DNA from: Candidatus Poseidoniaceae archaeon
GTDB lineage: Archaea; Thermoplasmatota; Poseidoniia; Poseidoniales; Poseidoniaceae
Reading direction: 5' to 3'
Assembly (NCBI GenBank): GCA_049438185.1
Contig: JBMTJI010000006.1
Span: 10,859-74,858 of the forward strand
DNA length: 64,000 nucleotides
In this document: in pieces, positions 1 through 9,426 of the stretch
How positions within the stretch are numbered: the first letter of the stretch is position 1
How the letters are laid out: the number at the start of each line of letters is the position of its first letter
Made by a program: the position numbers and the translations under genes
Notes under the pieces: model-generated
What the model saw: the letters and a program-made list of their open reading frames with translations, nothing else
What the model was told of the DNA's origin: nothing
The model's database searches: none

Positions 1-38
1 TCCGAATCAAGGATCGAATAGTAGCGCCTTTAGCCTCC

Positions 39-482
39 ATGACAACCATCCGTTGGGCGATTTGTGGTCAACTTCATCGTTCGACTCAACCGTTCTTGAA
101 CCATATTGTTCCGTCGTTTTTCGCGAATGCATACTATCGTTTGGCTGGATGCAAAATTGGAAAGAATGTGAACATCAATTCTTCCACAATCAACGATCCT
201 TCATTGGTTGAGTTGGGCGACAATGTCGTCGTCGGCGGAGGTGCAACCATCAATGGACACCTTGTCGAGAATGGTAATATTGTGCTTGAGAAGGTCATCG
301 TTGGAGCGAATTCTACCGTTGGTGGTGCAACCATGGTTGGTCCCGGTTCTCGAATTGGAGAGAATTGCATCTTAGGTAGTCGGGCTGTACTTCCGAAGCG
401 GAAGATCATTCCAGATGGCGAAGTTTGGGCGGGAATCCCCGCACGCTTCATCAAACATTCTCAATCGGACTCATCCAAGTGA
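39..482 (+). CDS. Hexapeptide-repeat (LbH) acetyltransferase, WcaF-like. The reading frame is open back to the window edge, so the gene may be 5'-truncated.
   Basis: Repeated [LIV]-G-x-x-x-x hexapeptide motifs (NVNINSSTINDPSLVELGDNVVVGGGATINGHLVENGNIVLEKVIVGANSTVGG). N-terminal YYRLAGCKIGKNV resembles the WcaF/colanic-acid acetyltransferase N-terminus. No in-frame stop between position 3 and 39. Confidence 0.55.
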   Translation: MTTIRWAICGQLHRSTQPFLNHIVPSFFANAYYRLAGCKIGKNVNINSSTINDPSLVELGDNVVVGGGATINGHLVENGNIVLEKVIVGANSTVGGATMVGPGSRIGENCILGSRAVLPKRKIIPDGEVWAGIPARFIKHSQSDSSK

Positions 483-919
483 TGCACGTACGTAGGAATG
501 CCTCGTTGATGTGCTTCATCTGCGACCACCTTTGTCCACTTGCTACCTTCGCTAAGGAATGCAAGGACGTGTGTTGCTGCTTCGAGGAGTTTTTTGGTCA
601 ATTCCAATGGTGCCTCATCTCGTCCAGAATCTTCGAGTCCTGGTCGTGGATTGTCCCAGAATTCATTGAACATGATGAACTCGATGTGATTGTTGGTTGC
701 CCAGCGTTCCGCAAGATAATCAACACCACTAGCCCCGCCAACAATTATTAGATCAGGATAGCCCTCAATTTCAATCCATTGATCCAGAATTTCTTCGATA
801 ACAGAGTAGTCGTAGAACCGACTTGAACCAGCAATAACGAGGTTGATGATTCGACCGTCGTTGTTCAAATCTTGTGCCCCAAGTCGCAAAAGTTTCGCCT
901 CGCCTGTTGCCCCGCTCAT
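461..919 (-). CDS. SLOG/DUF2493-like Rossmann-fold protein
   Basis: 152 aa. LIIVGGASGVDYLAERWA glycine-rich motif reminiscent of LOG/DprA/YspA-type SLOG proteins. Family assignment is by memory only. Confidence 0.35.
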   Translation of the reverse strand: MSGATGEAKLLRLGAQDLNNDGRIINLVIAGSSRFYDYSVIEEILDQWIEIEGYPDLIIVGGASGVDYLAERWATNNHIEFIMFNEFWDNPRPGLEDSGRDEAPLELTKKLLEAATHVLAFLSEGSKWTKVVADEAHQRGIPTYVHHLDESD

Positions 920-1036
920 GTGGTACTATCACAATCCGTACGAATAAACCCTACGTTTTGTGAGCGTATTCGAAATTCCCGAGGGCAACTGTATTCAAGT
1001 GCCCGCGTCACCAGCATTCTATTGGGAGTGGACACT

Positions 1037-3394
1037 ATGGACGAGAAATCTTCTTCGGATTCAACAGTTCAACGCTCAGCATACCGTCAGCCGGTCACTG
1101 CAAAGGGACTCAAAGCGATTGAGGACGGGACATTGACTTGGCTTGATGACGAGATGTACAACAACCTGAACACAGGTGTTTTGGAACAATATCTCGAAGA
1201 GAAAAACCTCGATGAATCCTTCGAAGTATCGCATTGGTCTCCATCCAAAGTCATGATCGGAATTGCCATTGGTGCTATCTTCTCCGGTGTTACTGCATAT
1301 ATTGGACTGAAACTCGGACTTGCTATCTCCGCAGCATGGTACATTGCGTACTTGTTGGGTATGGCACTCAAGTGGTCACCTTCCGAAGTGAACATTGCGA
1401 CTTCTGCGACAACAGGTGCGACCCACGCATCCACGGGGTTCATTTTCACCTTCCCTGCAATCTTCTTGTTAGCATCGAAAGCTCAGTATTCACTTGCCGA
1501 TGGTCCGTTAATCACACTGGAGGATGGTGAAGCGTTCAGGCTTGCTTTCATTGCCATTGTCGCATCCATGTTCGCAGGTTTCCTTGGAGTGATGTATTTT
1601 ATCATCTTTCGACGTGTTTGGCTGGTTGAGGATCCTCTCCCACTACCTGGATTTGAAGCAACTTTGAAGATGCTAGATATTGCTTCTGACGTCAATACAG
1701 GTGCTGTCGAACACGCTCGTGAGTCACTGAAAACCATCGGGTTATGGACTGGAATCACGATGATTGGAATGTTCCTCATCGAATATCCCTTGATTTGGCT
1801 TTCCGATAAGAAACTCTCCGTTATGGATTATCTTGCAGAAACGTTACATGTCGGTGATGTTGGACTCGCCTCGTTTTACAGTGCAGGAAAAATCCACCAA
1901 CCATCTGGAATCTATGAAGATGGTTCGTCGAAAAAGTACACACAATGGTCAGAAGACAGCGCATGGAATCCTTTTGCTTACACCTATGTTGGTGTTGCAT
2001 TGACACCTTCCATGTTCGCCATTGGTTGGTTCATGAAAACACGTGTAGCGTTTTTGGTTAACCTCGGTACACTTGTCGGTTGGTTCTTCCTTGTTCCGCT
2101 TGCAGTGTTTGCAAATTTCCCTGTCTATGATGCAACCATGCAAGCCAACGTACCTATCCAAGCCTATGCGAGTGAAGGAGGTCAAGCCCTGCAGATGATC
2201 GCCTTTTCAAAGACGGTTCGAACCATTGCTATCGGTTCCATCGTCGGTGGTGGTATGTTTGGTCTGGCGAAAATGTGGCGAACGTTTGCGAACATCTTCA
2301 AGGACATTGGTGCAGCCTTCAAAGGGGAAGGTTCGCAAGAATACATGGAAGGTAAAGGCTGGTACGAATGGCCGCTTATGCACATTCCAATCTTCATGGG
2401 ACTGACCTTCCTCTCCATGATTCTCATCTTCTGGGTTGGTGGTTTCCCGATCGCCGCTGCAGTCATCTTTGCAACAGTCCTGATCATGACAACGTTCCTC
2501 TTGGGAGCGATTGCTGTACGTGTTATGGGTGAGACGGGTATTGAACCGGTTTCAGGAACCTCGTTCATTGTCCTGCTCATGCTTCTAGGTATCTTCCTCA
2601 ACTTCGATTCGGCTCTTGGACTGAATAAGCAAGATGCCGTCCTCCTCGGACTTGTTGGAACAACCGTTTTCGGATCAGCAATTTCAATGTCTGGAACGGT
2701 TATTGGAGACTACAAGAACAGCCTCTACATCGGTAACCGTCCGTACCACATTTCGAAAGGGAACATCATGGGTGTTGTCCCCGGAGCAATCATTGGTGCT
2801 GCCGTTGCTATCTTCCTCTCAATTCAGCTTGCTGAGGGTCGAATTGATTTGATTGCTCCACAAGCAAACGCCTTCGCAACCTTTTCGGTTATTTTCGCTG
2901 AAGGCCAAGGTGACTTGTACCTTCTCGGACTTGGCTTCCTCTTGGGAATGTTTGTTGAATGGGTTACTGGTATGGGTACTTCTTTCGGTCTTGGTATGTA
3001 CCTCGACGTTCCACATACGCTCCCAATGCTCATCGGTGGATACAGTCGTGACAAGTGGGAAGAGAAGAAACTCAAGCCAAAGATTGAGGCGATCAAGGCT
3101 GAGGAAGGAGCAACAGCTGCTGAGAAGAAGCGTGCGTTGATTCTCCTCAGCACCTTCATGGTCGCTGCTGGTCTCTTGACCGGTGAGGCATTCTTCGGAA
3201 CGGAATCCAGTATTCTCTCATTCATTGACACACTTGTGCCAGATCCGAACAGTTCGGGATGGTACATTGGTCGAATGGCAGGATTCATTGGACTCAACGT
3301 TGGAATCGGATGGATCATCTATGCTCTCTTCAAGCGAGCAGGTGTTATCGGTGCTCCACCGGTTATGGATGCTGAATTGGTCAACGAGTCGTGA
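1037..3394 (+). CDS. OPT-family oligopeptide transporter (polytopic membrane protein)
   Basis: 785 aa from ATG at 1037 (MDEKSS...). Many predicted TM helices. The N-terminal block IGIAIGAIFSGVTAYIGLKLGLAISAAWYIAYLLGMAL matches the OPT signature (LGLKVGLT..SASIPAA). The upstream in-frame extension 872..1036 is judged non-coding. Confidence 0.6.
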   Translation: MDEKSSSDSTVQRSAYRQPVTAKGLKAIEDGTLTWLDDEMYNNLNTGVLEQYLEEKNLDESFEVSHWSPSKVMIGIAIGAIFSGVTAYIGLKLGLAISAAWYIAYLLGMALKWSPSEVNIATSATTGATHASTGFIFTFPAIFLLASKAQYSLADGPLITLEDGEAFRLAFIAIVASMFAGFLGVMYFIIFRRVWLVEDPLPLPGFEATLKMLDIASDVNTGAVEHARESLKTIGLWTGITMIGMFLIEYPLIWLSDKKLSVMDYLAETLHVGDVGLASFYSAGKIHQPSGIYEDGSSKKYTQWSEDSAWNPFAYTYVGVALTPSMFAIGWFMKTRVAFLVNLGTLVGWFFLVPLAVFANFPVYDATMQANVPIQAYASEGGQALQMIAFSKTVRTIAIGSIVGGGMFGLAKMWRTFANIFKDIGAAFKGEGSQEYMEGKGWYEWPLMHIPIFMGLTFLSMILIFWVGGFPIAAAVIFATVLIMTTFLLGAIAVRVMGETGIEPVSGTSFIVLLMLLGIFLNFDSALGLNKQDAVLLGLVGTTVFGSAISMSGTVIGDYKNSLYIGNRPYHISKGNIMGVVPGAIIGAAVAIFLSIQLAEGRIDLIAPQANAFATFSVIFAEGQGDLYLLGLGFLLGMFVEWVTGMGTSFGLGMYLDVPHTLPMLIGGYSRDKWEEKKLKPKIEAIKAEEGATAAEKKRALILLSTFMVAAGLLTGEAFFGTESSILSFIDTLVPDPNSSGWYIGRMAGFIGLNVGIGWIIYALFKRAGVIGAPPVMDAELVNES

Positions 3395-4371
3395 CCGTCA
3401 TGAGCAGCGGCACAGTCCCAGCACATGTCTGGCTGGTTCTCGGTGTTGCGATCTGCGGTGTTTCGAGTGCAGGTGCGATCTTTACACATGTTGACGAAAT
3501 ACCGCCCCTGTTGCGTGCTTCATGGCGTTTACAACTGACGGCTTTGATTCTTGCACCCCTAGCATTTTGGCAATTCAACCAAATTGATTCGGAGATTCAG
3601 TCGAAATTGTTTGATTTGTCCACGGCAAAAATCATTGTGGCAAGTGGAATCTTCTTGGCATTGCATTTTGGTTTCTGGGTAACTTCACTTGACTATACGT
3701 CCCTAACACACTCTCTATTGTTTGTAACGGCACATCCTCTCGTTATTTTGATAGGAATGTTCGTCTTTGTTCGGAAACCAAATCGATTGGAATTGGTTGG
3801 AGGAATTGCTGCATTCACAGGTGCAGCCATTTCAATGCTGGATGCTGGAGATGTCCAAGGTGACCGTTCTGTGACCTTCTTCGGCGATCAATTGGCCTTT
3901 TTCGGTGCAGTTTTTGTTGTAGGTTACATCGTCTGTGGCCGGATTCTCCGGGAATGGATGCCACTGTTTCTGTATGCCTTCCCCGTGACACTTATCGGAG
4001 GTCTTCTCCTTGTTCCCGCCTCATATCTTCTTGAATCGGATTACTCCAATTTTGGAGCGTTTGGATACCTGGGTCATGAAACGCTGGTTTGGTTTGTACT
4101 CCTTGCGTTCATCGCTGGAATTCTTGGCCACACTGGTTTGAACTATTGTCTGAAATATGTTTCTCCGCTGTTGATTTCGATCAGCGTAACGCTCGAACCA
4201 GTGCTTGGTTCACTCATCGGTTGGATGTTTTTCTCGACAGGAATCCCAGGTATGTGGACATGGATTGGTGGTCCCATCCTGATGCTTGGTATCATTTCCA
4301 TTGTGTATGGAGAACACCTAACGAATCAAACATTACTTGATAACAAAGGTCATGGAGAGGCGTTTGAATGA
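3391..4371 (+). CDS. EamA/DMT-family (drug/metabolite) transporter
   Basis: 326 aa, about 10 hydrophobic helices in two halves, typical DMT duplication. 4-nt overlap with the upstream OPT gene. Confidence 0.5.
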   Translation: MTVMSSGTVPAHVWLVLGVAICGVSSAGAIFTHVDEIPPLLRASWRLQLTALILAPLAFWQFNQIDSEIQSKLFDLSTAKIIVASGIFLALHFGFWVTSLDYTSLTHSLLFVTAHPLVILIGMFVFVRKPNRLELVGGIAAFTGAAISMLDAGDVQGDRSVTFFGDQLAFFGAVFVVGYIVCGRILREWMPLFLYAFPVTLIGGLLLVPASYLLESDYSNFGAFGYLGHETLVWFVLLAFIAGILGHTGLNYCLKYVSPLLISISVTLEPVLGSLIGWMFFSTGIPGMWTWIGGPILMLGIISIVYGEHLTNQTLLDNKGHGEAFE

Positions 4372-5345
4372 TGGAAGAAAAATGGGTTCTCTTGACCAAC
4401 GATGATGGAATTGAAGCCCCGGGCTTCGAACTTCTTGTCAAAGCTATGAACAAGGCAGGAATTCCAATCATTGCTTTTGCACCATCAGGGAACAAATCTG
4501 CCTGCAGTATGCAATTGAATCTCGGAACACCGATCGATCTTCACAATCGAAATGAATTGATTCACAAGTGGAGACTTGATGAATCGATTGGCGTTCATTT
4601 GTTTGCACTTGACGGTACACCATGTGACACGATGATTGTTGCTCTTGATGGAGGCCTCAATCATGTACTTCCAGAGATTCAACCCTCGCTCGTTCTTTCG
4701 GGGGTCAATCTCGGACCAAATCTTTCTCAGGATTCGTATCACAGTGGGACGATGGGTGCTGCCCGTGAAGCGGGTTTGTATGGCATTCCAGCGATTGCAA
4801 GTTCCTATACTTCATTTGACCCCGAAGGGATGCATGTTGGTATTGATGCGACTGTTGAACTTGTTCAACGTGTTCTACCTCTCGTTCCAAAAGTACCGCA
4901 GAACCTTTGTCGTCCTCACATTGATGCTCGTTCAAAACACGTCTCATCATGGCCAAATCCTGCAGTCGAACGTTCACAACGTGAAGCAGATCAACAACTC
5001 ATGAGCGCATTCCATCATGGAGAACTCATGCTGAATCTGAACGTTCCTCCAGAATGGAATGGTGCCTACCAAACAACCCGATTGGGAATGCGATGGTACC
5101 GAAATGCCGTTCAATTCGGAAAGGGTAAAGCAGGTTCAGTTGAATCGACCTTCACCATTGGAGCGGCTTATATCGATACGGAAACAGTCGACAATGGGGA
5201 TTGTGATTCGGTCGCATCTGGTTATGCAAGTATTTCCTCACTTCCAACGTGGCCACAGACGCATCCGCTTGCACTTGATGACGAATTACTCGCACATGCA
5301 CTTCGTGCTGACGAGACAGGACATCCGACTTGGTTCAGAGGTTGA
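4368..5345 (+). CDS. surE: 5'/3'-nucleotidase SurE
   Basis: N-terminal VLLTNDDGIEAPG, the diagnostic SurE motif. 325 aa. ATGA-type overlap with the upstream gene. Confidence 0.75.
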   Translation: MMEEKWVLLTNDDGIEAPGFELLVKAMNKAGIPIIAFAPSGNKSACSMQLNLGTPIDLHNRNELIHKWRLDESIGVHLFALDGTPCDTMIVALDGGLNHVLPEIQPSLVLSGVNLGPNLSQDSYHSGTMGAAREAGLYGIPAIASSYTSFDPEGMHVGIDATVELVQRVLPLVPKVPQNLCRPHIDARSKHVSSWPNPAVERSQREADQQLMSAFHHGELMLNLNVPPEWNGAYQTTRLGMRWYRNAVQFGKGKAGSVESTFTIGAAYIDTETVDNGDCDSVASGYASISSLPTWPQTHPLALDDELLAHALRADETGHPTWFRG

Positions 5346-5988
5346 GTTGAACGCCCTCATCAAGCAGGAAATGACAAATCGCTATTGCATGATGTCCTTG
5401 CAGCCAAGTTGTTCCGAGCGACCTGGCAATGCCTGCATCCACATCTAACGGCTGATCGTCCGAGAGTAAGAAGGCTATCGAATCTTCATTCGGTGTTGAT
5501 TGGATTGGAATTGCGCTTTCTTGTTTCCAGAGACGCTCAGCATCTGCATCGAGTCGTATCAATGTCGAATCCTTCCATTCAGCAATCGTATGGGACAGTT
5601 TACCGCCTCCATCGTAAAGACCCGGCGTACGCTCAACCCAGTGACCAATCGCTGGCAGAGGCTCTCGAATGGCTTTGGCAATCAGTCCAGCAACGCTTCG
5701 CTCCTCAGCATGAAAACCTCGAAGCTCGGAACCAACAAATTTCAATCGACGTTGCGCCCCTGGACCTCCTTGAAGATGGAGGACAACTTCCACATCCTCC
5801 CGTAGCCCATGCGAAGTCAACAAGGCGGACATAACGGCACGAATGAGCACATCCATTCGACCAGCACCTCCTGCAAGGTCGTTCAGGGGTAATTTCCCTT
5901 TGCTCATCGCTCGATGGCCAATGACAGCAAAACGTCGCACATCAATCGCCTCGCTCGATGATGATCCGTAGTGCATCATTGAGGTCAT
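5335..5988 (-). CDS. trmY: tRNA (pseudouridine54-N1)-methyltransferase TrmY (SPOUT family)
   Basis: RFAVIGHRAMSKGKLPLNDLAGGAGRMDVLIRAVMSAL matches the archaeal TrmY/Mja1640-family N-terminus. Start chosen at Met32-36 of the long ORF, which overlaps the CoaBC 3' end by about 40 nt. About 215 aa. Confidence 0.6.
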   Translation of the reverse strand: MTSMMHYGSSSSEAIDVRRFAVIGHRAMSKGKLPLNDLAGGAGRMDVLIRAVMSALLTSHGLREDVEVVLHLQGGPGAQRRLKFVGSELRGFHAEERSVAGLIAKAIREPLPAIGHWVERTPGLYDGGGKLSHTIAEWKDSTLIRLDADAERLWKQESAIPIQSTPNEDSIAFLLSDDQPLDVDAGIARSLGTTWLQGHHAIAICHFLLDEGVQLNL

Positions 5989-7138
5989 CCTGTGTCTCAA
6001 GGACAAAATGACTTCCTTGCTTATCGACAAGGTATCCTCGAGGTTTTGATTGGTCACCAAGATCTTCCAATCGGTTTGCAACTACAGCGGTCATTTCAGA
6101 ATGTTCGATTTGAGCAGTTGCCCGATGAATTAAATCGCGTTGCTTGATTCCAGTTTCTAATTTGAATCCAATTCGTGTTGAACCTCGAACCTTTTCCTTC
6201 AATTCTTGAATGTGTTTTGCACCTTCAACGAGATTGACTTGCAGCGGTCCTTGTTGACTAGCCAACTTTCCTTCAGCAGGTGCTTCAACAACGTAATCAA
6301 GCACAGCAGCGGCATGAACCCATGCTTGAATCTCATCGTTTGCAAGCGCTTTCAGTTCTGAAAGCATTTCATCAGGCTGTTCTGCTTTGATGCAAAGGGG
6401 TAACCATGGTGGCTGGGCAATACTTGTTCTTCCAACAACACATGTCACATCGTGTCCGTATCGGTACAACTCATCTGCAAGAGCGTAACCTGTTGCTCCT
6501 GAGCTAGTGTTCTGCACACCACGTACATCATCGATTGGCGAGTAAGTTCCTCCAAGTGTAATCACGACATTCTTTCGATACGACAATTTTGAATTGATTC
6601 CATGAGCAAACCTGGCAACGATGTGTTCGTGACTCGGTGTCTTTCGCTTTCCTTCTTCTAGGTCGCCCCACATCACATCAATGCCTTCCTCGCGCAAACG
6701 GTCAACGATGTCATCGGTGACTGGATCATCGGCGAGGTCTGCATGCATGCTTGGAACCATCAGTACGTGGGTGTTTCGTGAACGTGCCGCGCTGAGTGCC
6801 ATTAACAGTGGTCCTTGCTGCATGCCATGCAGGTGAGCAGCAATTGTGTTCCGAGTTGCAGGCGCTACAAGAATTGCATCAACATCCTCAAGTTGTTTCA
6901 TGTCACCATCCCAATCGGTGATGACCTGGCATTGGCTTGCCCATTCAATGGCGAGTGGCGTAATGACACGTCGTGCACTTTCCGTCATGATCACCAGCAT
7001 CTCCGCCCCATGCCTTCGCATTTCACGTAGAAGTCGTACCGAATCAACTGCTGCGATTCCACCTGTGACGCCAACAAGTATACGCTTGCCAGCAAGGCTG
7101 GAGCCACGTATTTCTACGTCGGTATCACGGACGCTCAT
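5942..7138 (-). CDS. coaBC: Bifunctional phosphopantothenoylcysteine decarboxylase / phosphopantothenate-cysteine ligase (CoaBC/Dfp)
   Basis: N-terminal flavoprotein domain GKRILVGVTGGIAAVDSVRLLREMRRHGAEMLVIMTESA ... ILVAPATRNTIAAHLHGM. C-terminal CoaB domain (VVITLGGTYSPIDDVRGVQNTSSGATGYALADEL). Start set at MSVRDTDV. Confidence 0.8.
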   Translation of the reverse strand: MSVRDTDVEIRGSSLAGKRILVGVTGGIAAVDSVRLLREMRRHGAEMLVIMTESARRVITPLAIEWASQCQVITDWDGDMKQLEDVDAILVAPATRNTIAAHLHGMQQGPLLMALSAARSRNTHVLMVPSMHADLADDPVTDDIVDRLREEGIDVMWGDLEEGKRKTPSHEHIVARFAHGINSKLSYRKNVVITLGGTYSPIDDVRGVQNTSSGATGYALADELYRYGHDVTCVVGRTSIAQPPWLPLCIKAEQPDEMLSELKALANDEIQAWVHAAAVLDYVVEAPAEGKLASQQGPLQVNLVEGAKHIQELKEKVRGSTRIGFKLETGIKQRDLIHRATAQIEHSEMTAVVANRLEDLGDQSKPRGYLVDKQGSHFVLETQDDLNDALRIIIERGD

Positions 7139-7153
7139 GCCCTTGCGAATGTA

Positions 7154-7858
7154 TTGACCATCAAGACATCTTCGCTGTTCACAAGCCTTCATGAGCGGGT
7201 GATGATTCGACGATGTATGGCAGGGAATCGAGGAGACGATATTGTCCTTGCTGGTTCGGGAGGACAGCGTGCCTCAGCAACGCTTTCAGCCATCTTCGAT
7301 CAAACCCATCGTAGCACATCCCTTATCTTAGCGATTGATAGCCTGATCATCGTTCTGTTAGCATTTGAATTTTCAACAATCGCACAGGTCTATTTCGGAC
7401 GTGGTGCAATACTCATCTGGGCTATACCTTTGTTCATAACGACATCAACATGGTTCTCGTATCGTTCTCGACGAAGTTGGGCATACTGGCCTGCAGCACT
7501 CATCATCGCCTTTGCATCGGTCATTTTCTTCCTGTTCTTCTTGGTCAATTTGTTCGCAGTCATTTCAGGTGCAGCGGGTGGTCTTCTGTTTATGCTCATC
7601 ATGGGTTATGCAGCATACAGTTCATTTCAACGTGTTCGATATCATTTCTCTCCTCTCTATAGACAAGGCTATACAACATTTATTCCAACGCCTGAAGCCG
7701 ATCTCGAGGATGGAGAAATGTTAGCTGCTTGTCCAAGTTGTATGGCAGTTCTCGCCATCCGACCCGATCTTCTCTCGCCTTCGGATTCATGTCCACACTG
7801 CAACAAACCACTTGTGAGTAAGGAACTTGCAAAACGTCATGGTTGGGAAGAGGAATAA
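7154..7858 (+). CDS. Integral membrane protein with C-terminal zinc ribbon (CPSC...CPHC)
   Basis: 4-5 hydrophobic helices followed by CPSCMAVLAIRPDLLSPSDSCPHCNKP. True start may be an internal Met (MIRRCMAG...). No family recognised. Confidence 0.4.
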   Translation: MTIKTSSLFTSLHERVMIRRCMAGNRGDDIVLAGSGGQRASATLSAIFDQTHRSTSLILAIDSLIIVLLAFEFSTIAQVYFGRGAILIWAIPLFITTSTWFSYRSRRSWAYWPAALIIAFASVIFFLFFLVNLFAVISGAAGGLLFMLIMGYAAYSSFQRVRYHFSPLYRQGYTTFIPTPEADLEDGEMLAACPSCMAVLAIRPDLLSPSDSCPHCNKPLVSKELAKRHGWEEE

Positions 7859-7861
7859 GCC

Positions 7862-9391
7862 TCAACTCGAACAAGAAAGCATCGAGCATCCAACACGATG
7901 TCGTGCCCATTCAGGTCGTTTCTGGAACCATTGTTCCTCATGTTCCATTTGTTCCTTGTATGGCTTCTTGAGTAATTCGTATAGTGATTCAGCAATCGAA
8001 TAATCCCCTTTCTCTGCTGCATCGATAGCAAGTTGTGCCATCCAGTTACGGAGGACAAACTTTGGATTTGAAGCGAGCATTGCTTCTCGATTTGGTTGAC
8101 CGTTTGTTCGATCCCACCATTTTTGCAACCACTGATTCCATTCATCACGTGGAATGGTTGTTGGATCATAAAATGCAAACGCGAGGTGTTCGATGACTGG
8201 TTCTTCAAGCGTTGAGAGTAATCTGAAGAAAATAGTCATGTCCGTTTCGACCAACTGAAGGTTTGCGGTGAGTTCCTTAACAAGAAGTTCATCACCTTCC
8301 AAGAATTCATCGAAACCAAGTTTCCTCGACCACATGCTATTGTTTGCGCCCTCATATGCGCTGTAATAAGCGTCAAGACATTCGTACAATCGCTCCGGCT
8401 CTTCCATAAGAGGGGAAATCGATTCCAACAAACGAGCGAAATTCCAGGCACCTATCTGTGCCTGTTGGCCAAATCTGTACCTTCCTGTTCGTGCGTCAGT
8501 TGTATTTGGAGTCCAATTTGGATTAAAATCTTCAATCCAACCGTACGGACCATAATCGATGGTCAACCCATGGATGGACATGTTGTCGGTGTTCATGACA
8601 CCATGGACAAATCCGACCCGCATCCATTCCGATATCATGTGGGCGGTTTCTTCACCAACGTGCTTCAACCAATTCACCAAACCTTCATCACTGGTGGTCG
8701 TGTGATTTGGGAAGTGTTGTTTGACTGAAAAATCTACCAAGGTTCGCAGCGTGCTGACATCACCATTCATTGAATGGATTTGGTAGGAACCAAAACGAAG
8801 AAAACTCGGAGCGATTCGACAGACGATGGCTCCTTGTTCCGGAGCAGGATTCCCATCGTACATGACATCTCGAACCACATCCTCTCCAGTTGTGACAAGC
8901 GAGAGTGCCCGCGTGGTTGGGATTCCAAGATGATGCATTGCTTCGCTGCACAAAAACTCACGAATCGAGGATCGCAGTACAGCTTTGCCATCTGCAAATC
9001 GCGAGTATGGTGTTATCCCCGGTCCTTTCAATTGCAACTCAAGACGTTGCTTTCCAGTGTCCACCTCTCCTAATGTAATTGCACGTCCATCTCCAAGTTG
9101 ATTGGCCCAATTACCGAATTGATGTCCACCATACCGTTGTGCATAAGGATCCATTCCTTCAACGATTCGATTCCCGCCAAGAATGTCCGATGCATCAGGA
9201 TTGACGTTCAATTCCGTCGCCATCTCTTTGGACCACAGACGAAGAACTGGATCTGGAACCTGAGTAGGTTGAACACGAGACCAACATGCATGAGGAACTT
9301 GCCTTGGCTTTCCACCAATTTCTTGATCGCCAGGTGTACCCTGCAAAAAGTGATTGAACCACTTCAGTTCCGTAAACGAATCGGTTCCCAC
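7862..9391 (-). CDS. selO: Protein adenylyltransferase SelO (YdiU/UPF0061 family)
   Basis: YGGHQFGNWANQLGDGRAITLGEV...LKGPGITPYSRFADGKAVLRSSIREFLCSEAMHHLGIPTTRALSLV is the hallmark SelO/YdiU core. 509 aa. Confidence 0.75.
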   Translation of the reverse strand: MGTDSFTELKWFNHFLQGTPGDQEIGGKPRQVPHACWSRVQPTQVPDPVLRLWSKEMATELNVNPDASDILGGNRIVEGMDPYAQRYGGHQFGNWANQLGDGRAITLGEVDTGKQRLELQLKGPGITPYSRFADGKAVLRSSIREFLCSEAMHHLGIPTTRALSLVTTGEDVVRDVMYDGNPAPEQGAIVCRIAPSFLRFGSYQIHSMNGDVSTLRTLVDFSVKQHFPNHTTTSDEGLVNWLKHVGEETAHMISEWMRVGFVHGVMNTDNMSIHGLTIDYGPYGWIEDFNPNWTPNTTDARTGRYRFGQQAQIGAWNFARLLESISPLMEEPERLYECLDAYYSAYEGANNSMWSRKLGFDEFLEGDELLVKELTANLQLVETDMTIFFRLLSTLEEPVIEHLAFAFYDPTTIPRDEWNQWLQKWWDRTNGQPNREAMLASNPKFVLRNWMAQLAIDAAEKGDYSIAESLYELLKKPYKEQMEHEEQWFQKRPEWARHRVGCSMLSCSS

Positions 9392-9426
9392 ATGTGTTTC
9401 AGAAGGCGATGCCTATTGAACTTGAT

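Noticed and set aside
872-1036. N-terminal extension of the OPT transporter ORF (MCPKSQKF...)
   Set aside because: Cys/Arg-rich, not transporter-like. The conserved OPT N-terminus begins after the ATG at 1037. Extension is read-through of the upstream intergenic region.
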